From: Leptolyngbyaceae cyanobacterium
GTDB taxonomy: Bacteria; Cyanobacteriota; Cyanobacteriia; Phormidesmidales; Phormidesmidaceae
Length of the DNA: 64,000 nt
Direction: 5' to 3'
Assembly (NCBI GenBank): GCA_965263355.1
Contig: CBDHHL010000032.1
Coordinates: 3,264,001-3,328,000, forward strand
In this document: positions 61,178-64,000 of the stretch, piece after piece
Layout: every line of letters begins with the position of its first letter
Position numbering within the stretch: the first letter of the stretch is position 1
The notes under the pieces: generated by a model
The model's input: only the letters and a program-made list of their open reading frames with translations
What the model was told of the DNA's origin: nothing
Database searches by the model: none
Program-made: the position numbers and the translations under genes

Positions 61178-61502
61178 ACCCTTGAATTCCAGCACTGCAA
61201 AACAATCGGCTAAATCACCTACTGGGGATCGCTCTCAAGCTTAATCATGCCAGGAAAAGGTATGGGGATCAATTAGGGTGATCCCCATATAAGTTTTTAT
61301 CTATAAGAGCTTCAGCGGTTTTAAAGATTCAATTGTCATATCTTCATGACAATTGAATTGTCAGCTTCTAACTATACTGAGCCTTAAGTCACAAAAGCAT
61401 GACAATTGGGGATCGTCTTCTAGGCTTAGGTTGGCTGAAAGCGTTATGGCTGGTACGAATAGATGTGGGATGATTAGGGCTGAAACTACTCAGCACTGTG
61501 CT

Positions 61503-62255
61503 ATGGCTCAATCTCTGTCATCACTTCATGGCAGCCGTCTGATCAGTCGCGTGTTGCCCCTGGCTGTGAAACTTTGGTTGCAAACACAGCTCGATGAGAT
61601 TGGGGATTTAACCTTCGACATTCAAGCTACTGATCGTCAGGTATTGTCCGGTTATATTCCCGGCCTAGCTTTATCAGCGCAGCAGGCAGTGTATCAGGGG
61701 ATACGGATTACCGACGTCGCCGCGCAAGCCAGTGATATTAAGATCAATATTGGTCAGGTTTTACGGGGAAAGCCTTTGCGACTAATGCAGTCATTTCCCA
61801 TTGCCGGACAAGTTGTCTTAGATGGAGATGCGCTAAAGGCCTCATCCACAGAGTCTATTTTGGCGGTTGGTCTACTTGACTTTTGGCAAACGCTGCTCGC
61901 TAACGAAGAGGTGGCCGCAGAAGTAGCGACTTACTATGGTGCTGATATTGCTGTCCTACAGGATCCACAGCTGTCGCAATACCAGTCAAACATACAAACT
62001 TTGGGGACGAATCTAGTGTTGCATTTAGTCCGTAGTGGCCAAGCCGAGCTTGGGTTGAAGGGATGTCTTGACATTGAGCATGGTCATATTTTGCGATTAA
62101 CGACCGCTCAATGGTGTTTGTCGTCAGGAGAGCAGGTGCGCAGCCATGCCCTCACTAACTTTTGTTGGAACTTAGGAGAGCAAACAGAGCTGCAATCCCT
62201 GGAAGTGCGAGACAACAAACTGATGTGTCAGTGTAGCATTGTGGTGAAACCCTAA
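61503..62255 (+). CDS. DUF2993 / LmeA-like protein
   Basis: AVKLWLQTQL, LSG.IP, INIGQVLRGKPLRL. Confidence 0.8.
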   Translation: MAQSLSSLHGSRLISRVLPLAVKLWLQTQLDEIGDLTFDIQATDRQVLSGYIPGLALSAQQAVYQGIRITDVAAQASDIKINIGQVLRGKPLRLMQSFPIAGQVVLDGDALKASSTESILAVGLLDFWQTLLANEEVAAEVATYYGADIAVLQDPQLSQYQSNIQTLGTNLVLHLVRSGQAELGLKGCLDIEHGHILRLTTAQWCLSSGEQVRSHALTNFCWNLGEQTELQSLEVRDNKLMCQCSIVVKP

Positions 62256-62262
62256 ACAGCCA

Positions 62263-63141
62263 TTAGTTTCCTGGCCACACTCCCGGCAGGCTAGGCAATA
62301 ACAAGGTGATGAAATAAAACACGAGGGGGGCCGTAAACACATAGCTATCGGTGCGATCCAAAATACCGCCATGCCCAGGGATCAAGGTGCCAGAGTCTTT
62401 TACACCAGCGTCTCGCTTCATCAGGGACTCAGTTAGGTCACCGAGTAGGCTAGCGACACCAATCATGCTGCCAAAGGCCGGACCAGTCAGCCACCATAGG
62501 GGCCATTGTATACACCAAGCACCAGTGCAGCCTACGATCAGGCTGCCAATAATGCCACAGATGGCTCCTTCTACAGTTTTTTTAGGGCTAATGTTTGTCA
62601 AGGGTGTGCGGCCAAAGGTGCGACCGGCTGCATAGGCACCGATATCAGCTGCCCAGATACAGGCAAATGCCAGTAAGGTGTGAACAAGTCCGATAGGTAA
62701 ATGGGTGATAATCCAGTCGCTGGGCCAATAACCACCCAAGGGAAGGTTGGTCACATTACTTTCCCAATCCCGTAACCGGATCCAATAGCTGGGTAAATAG
62801 CCGCCGTAAAACAGACCCAAGATAGAGGCCGCCACATCAGCAATGGTGGCAAACTTGGGCAAAAAAAGGACATAAAAGCAAATACAGGTGCCAGCTAGCG
62901 ATAAGATCGCATCGGTTAAATCAGGCGCTATGTGGGCTGCAACCAGCAATATCTGACTGACAACTAGGGTGGTTTTTACTGCGGCGTTGATGCCTTTAGC
63001 TTTGGTAAGACCAAAAACTTCTAGCTGCCCTAAATAGACGATAAGGCCAAACCCAACTGTAAAATACCATCCTCCCAAGACAATCATCAGTAGAGCAACT
63101 GCGATCGCAACTCCACCACTAGCAATACGGATCCACGGCAT
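62263..63141 (-). CDS. cdsA: Phosphatidate cytidylyltransferase
   Basis: WAADIGAY, ISPKKTVEG, GDLTESLMKRDAGVKDSG..IPGHGGILDR. Confidence 0.95.
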   Translation of the reverse strand: MPWIRIASGGVAIAVALLMIVLGGWYFTVGFGLIVYLGQLEVFGLTKAKGINAAVKTTLVVSQILLVAAHIAPDLTDAILSLAGTCICFYVLFLPKFATIADVAASILGLFYGGYLPSYWIRLRDWESNVTNLPLGGYWPSDWIITHLPIGLVHTLLAFACIWAADIGAYAAGRTFGRTPLTNISPKKTVEGAICGIIGSLIVGCTGAWCIQWPLWWLTGPAFGSMIGVASLLGDLTESLMKRDAGVKDSGTLIPGHGGILDRTDSYVFTAPLVFYFITLLLPSLPGVWPGN

Positions 63142-63243
63142 AAGCGAATAAAAAAACAGGCCTGGTGCAGATTTGGCCCAGCTTTTTAGTATATCAGTGA
63201 TCGCTCGAAGCCTGTATTTTCTAGGCAATCAGACCACCTGGTT

Positions 63244-63999
63244 CTAAACGGAGGCAACTAAATTGTCTTTCCACTTGCGGGGTTCGCTAGCACGGCGAAT
63301 GTAACGCCAGATCTGGGTAGCGGCCAATGTGCCATCGGCCACAGCCACACTCACCTGGTTCAGACCCTGTTTGAGATCGCCGACGGCAAAAATACGGTCG
63401 TGAGTGGTTTGGCCCATATTATTAGTTACCAAATTCTCCCCGTCCCAAGTCAGTCCGTCAATCCCCTTGAGATACTGATTGTGATAGATCGAACCCATAT
63501 TAATTAGACCGGTGGTGGCTTCCACAATGGTGCCGTCCTTAAGTTCAACACCGCTCATCTTGTGATTCTCTCCCAAAATGCGAGCGATGGGTGCTTCATA
63601 CAAAGGATATCCATGATCCGCCAACTTTTGCTTCATTTCAGCACCCACAGTAAAGCCATTGGTAAGTACAGAAATGTAAGGAGTAAACCAGTTTAAAACG
63701 AAGGCTACATTAATCTGAGACTCTCGACTGACCATTACCACAGCTTTCTGGTCCCACATATCAAAGCCATCACAGATCATGCAAACGTGTAGCGTATACC
63801 CTGCATAATCGTAGACGTTCTGCATGTCCTCTAGCTCAGGCAAAATGTCAATCACCCCCGAGGCTGCAATCAAATATTTACTGCGCAGAGTGTAATACTT
63901 ACTATTTTTCTTACCAATTTTGACTTTTACTGCAAAGGTATCGCCGTCATCCGTTACCTCTTCTACAAATGCCCGGAGATGATCGGCCCCCCAATCAAG
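63244..63999 (-). CDS. NAD(P)/FAD-dependent oxidoreductase, thioredoxin-reductase-like (5' truncated)
   Basis: Frame is open to the window edge; HVCMICDG CxxC; IFAVGD; QVSVAVADG. Confidence 0.85.
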   Translation of the reverse strand, partial: LDWGADHLRAFVEEVTDDGDTFAVKVKIGKKNSKYYTLRSKYLIAASGVIDILPELEDMQNVYDYAGYTLHVCMICDGFDMWDQKAVVMVSRESQINVAFVLNWFTPYISVLTNGFTVGAEMKQKLADHGYPLYEAPIARILGENHKMSGVELKDGTIVEATTGLINMGSIYHNQYLKGIDGLTWDGENLVTNNMGQTTHDRIFAVGDLKQGLNQVSVAVADGTLAATQIWRYIRRASEPRKWKDNLVASV

Positions 64000-64000
64000 T

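Overview
Chromosomal segment of a cyanobacterium: ndhM, ccmP, desB and cyanobacteria-typical DUF genes are present, and the HIP1 octamer GCGATCGC occurs more than 20 times by eye. A filamentous Leptolyngbya-like organism is my inference. Most of the window is core genes (iscS, murF, moeB, desB, rlmH, ndhM, queA, dnaG, ruvB, arsA/GET3, cdsA, tRNA-Gly). The accessory blocks are: (1) the 3' end of a multiheme cytochrome c / DUF3365 heme lipoprotein / putative diheme-b membrane protein / thioredoxin operon at the left edge; (2) a decayed remnant next to tRNA-Gly; (3) an ndhM-PP2C-CHAT/FHA signalling operon; (4) an orphan HerA-like ATPase; (5) a ~12.5 kb glycan cluster with a split GT4, GlpD-like oxidase, PHP-like/methyltransferase fusion, acyltransferase, sulfotransferase, flippase, GT2 and GT-C; (6) three tandem RTX Ca-binding paralogs with mosaic, duplicated flanks carrying apparently covarying hairpins. 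I saw no CRISPR array, rRNA, intact transposase or integrase. Family calls are from motif recognition only; no searches were run.
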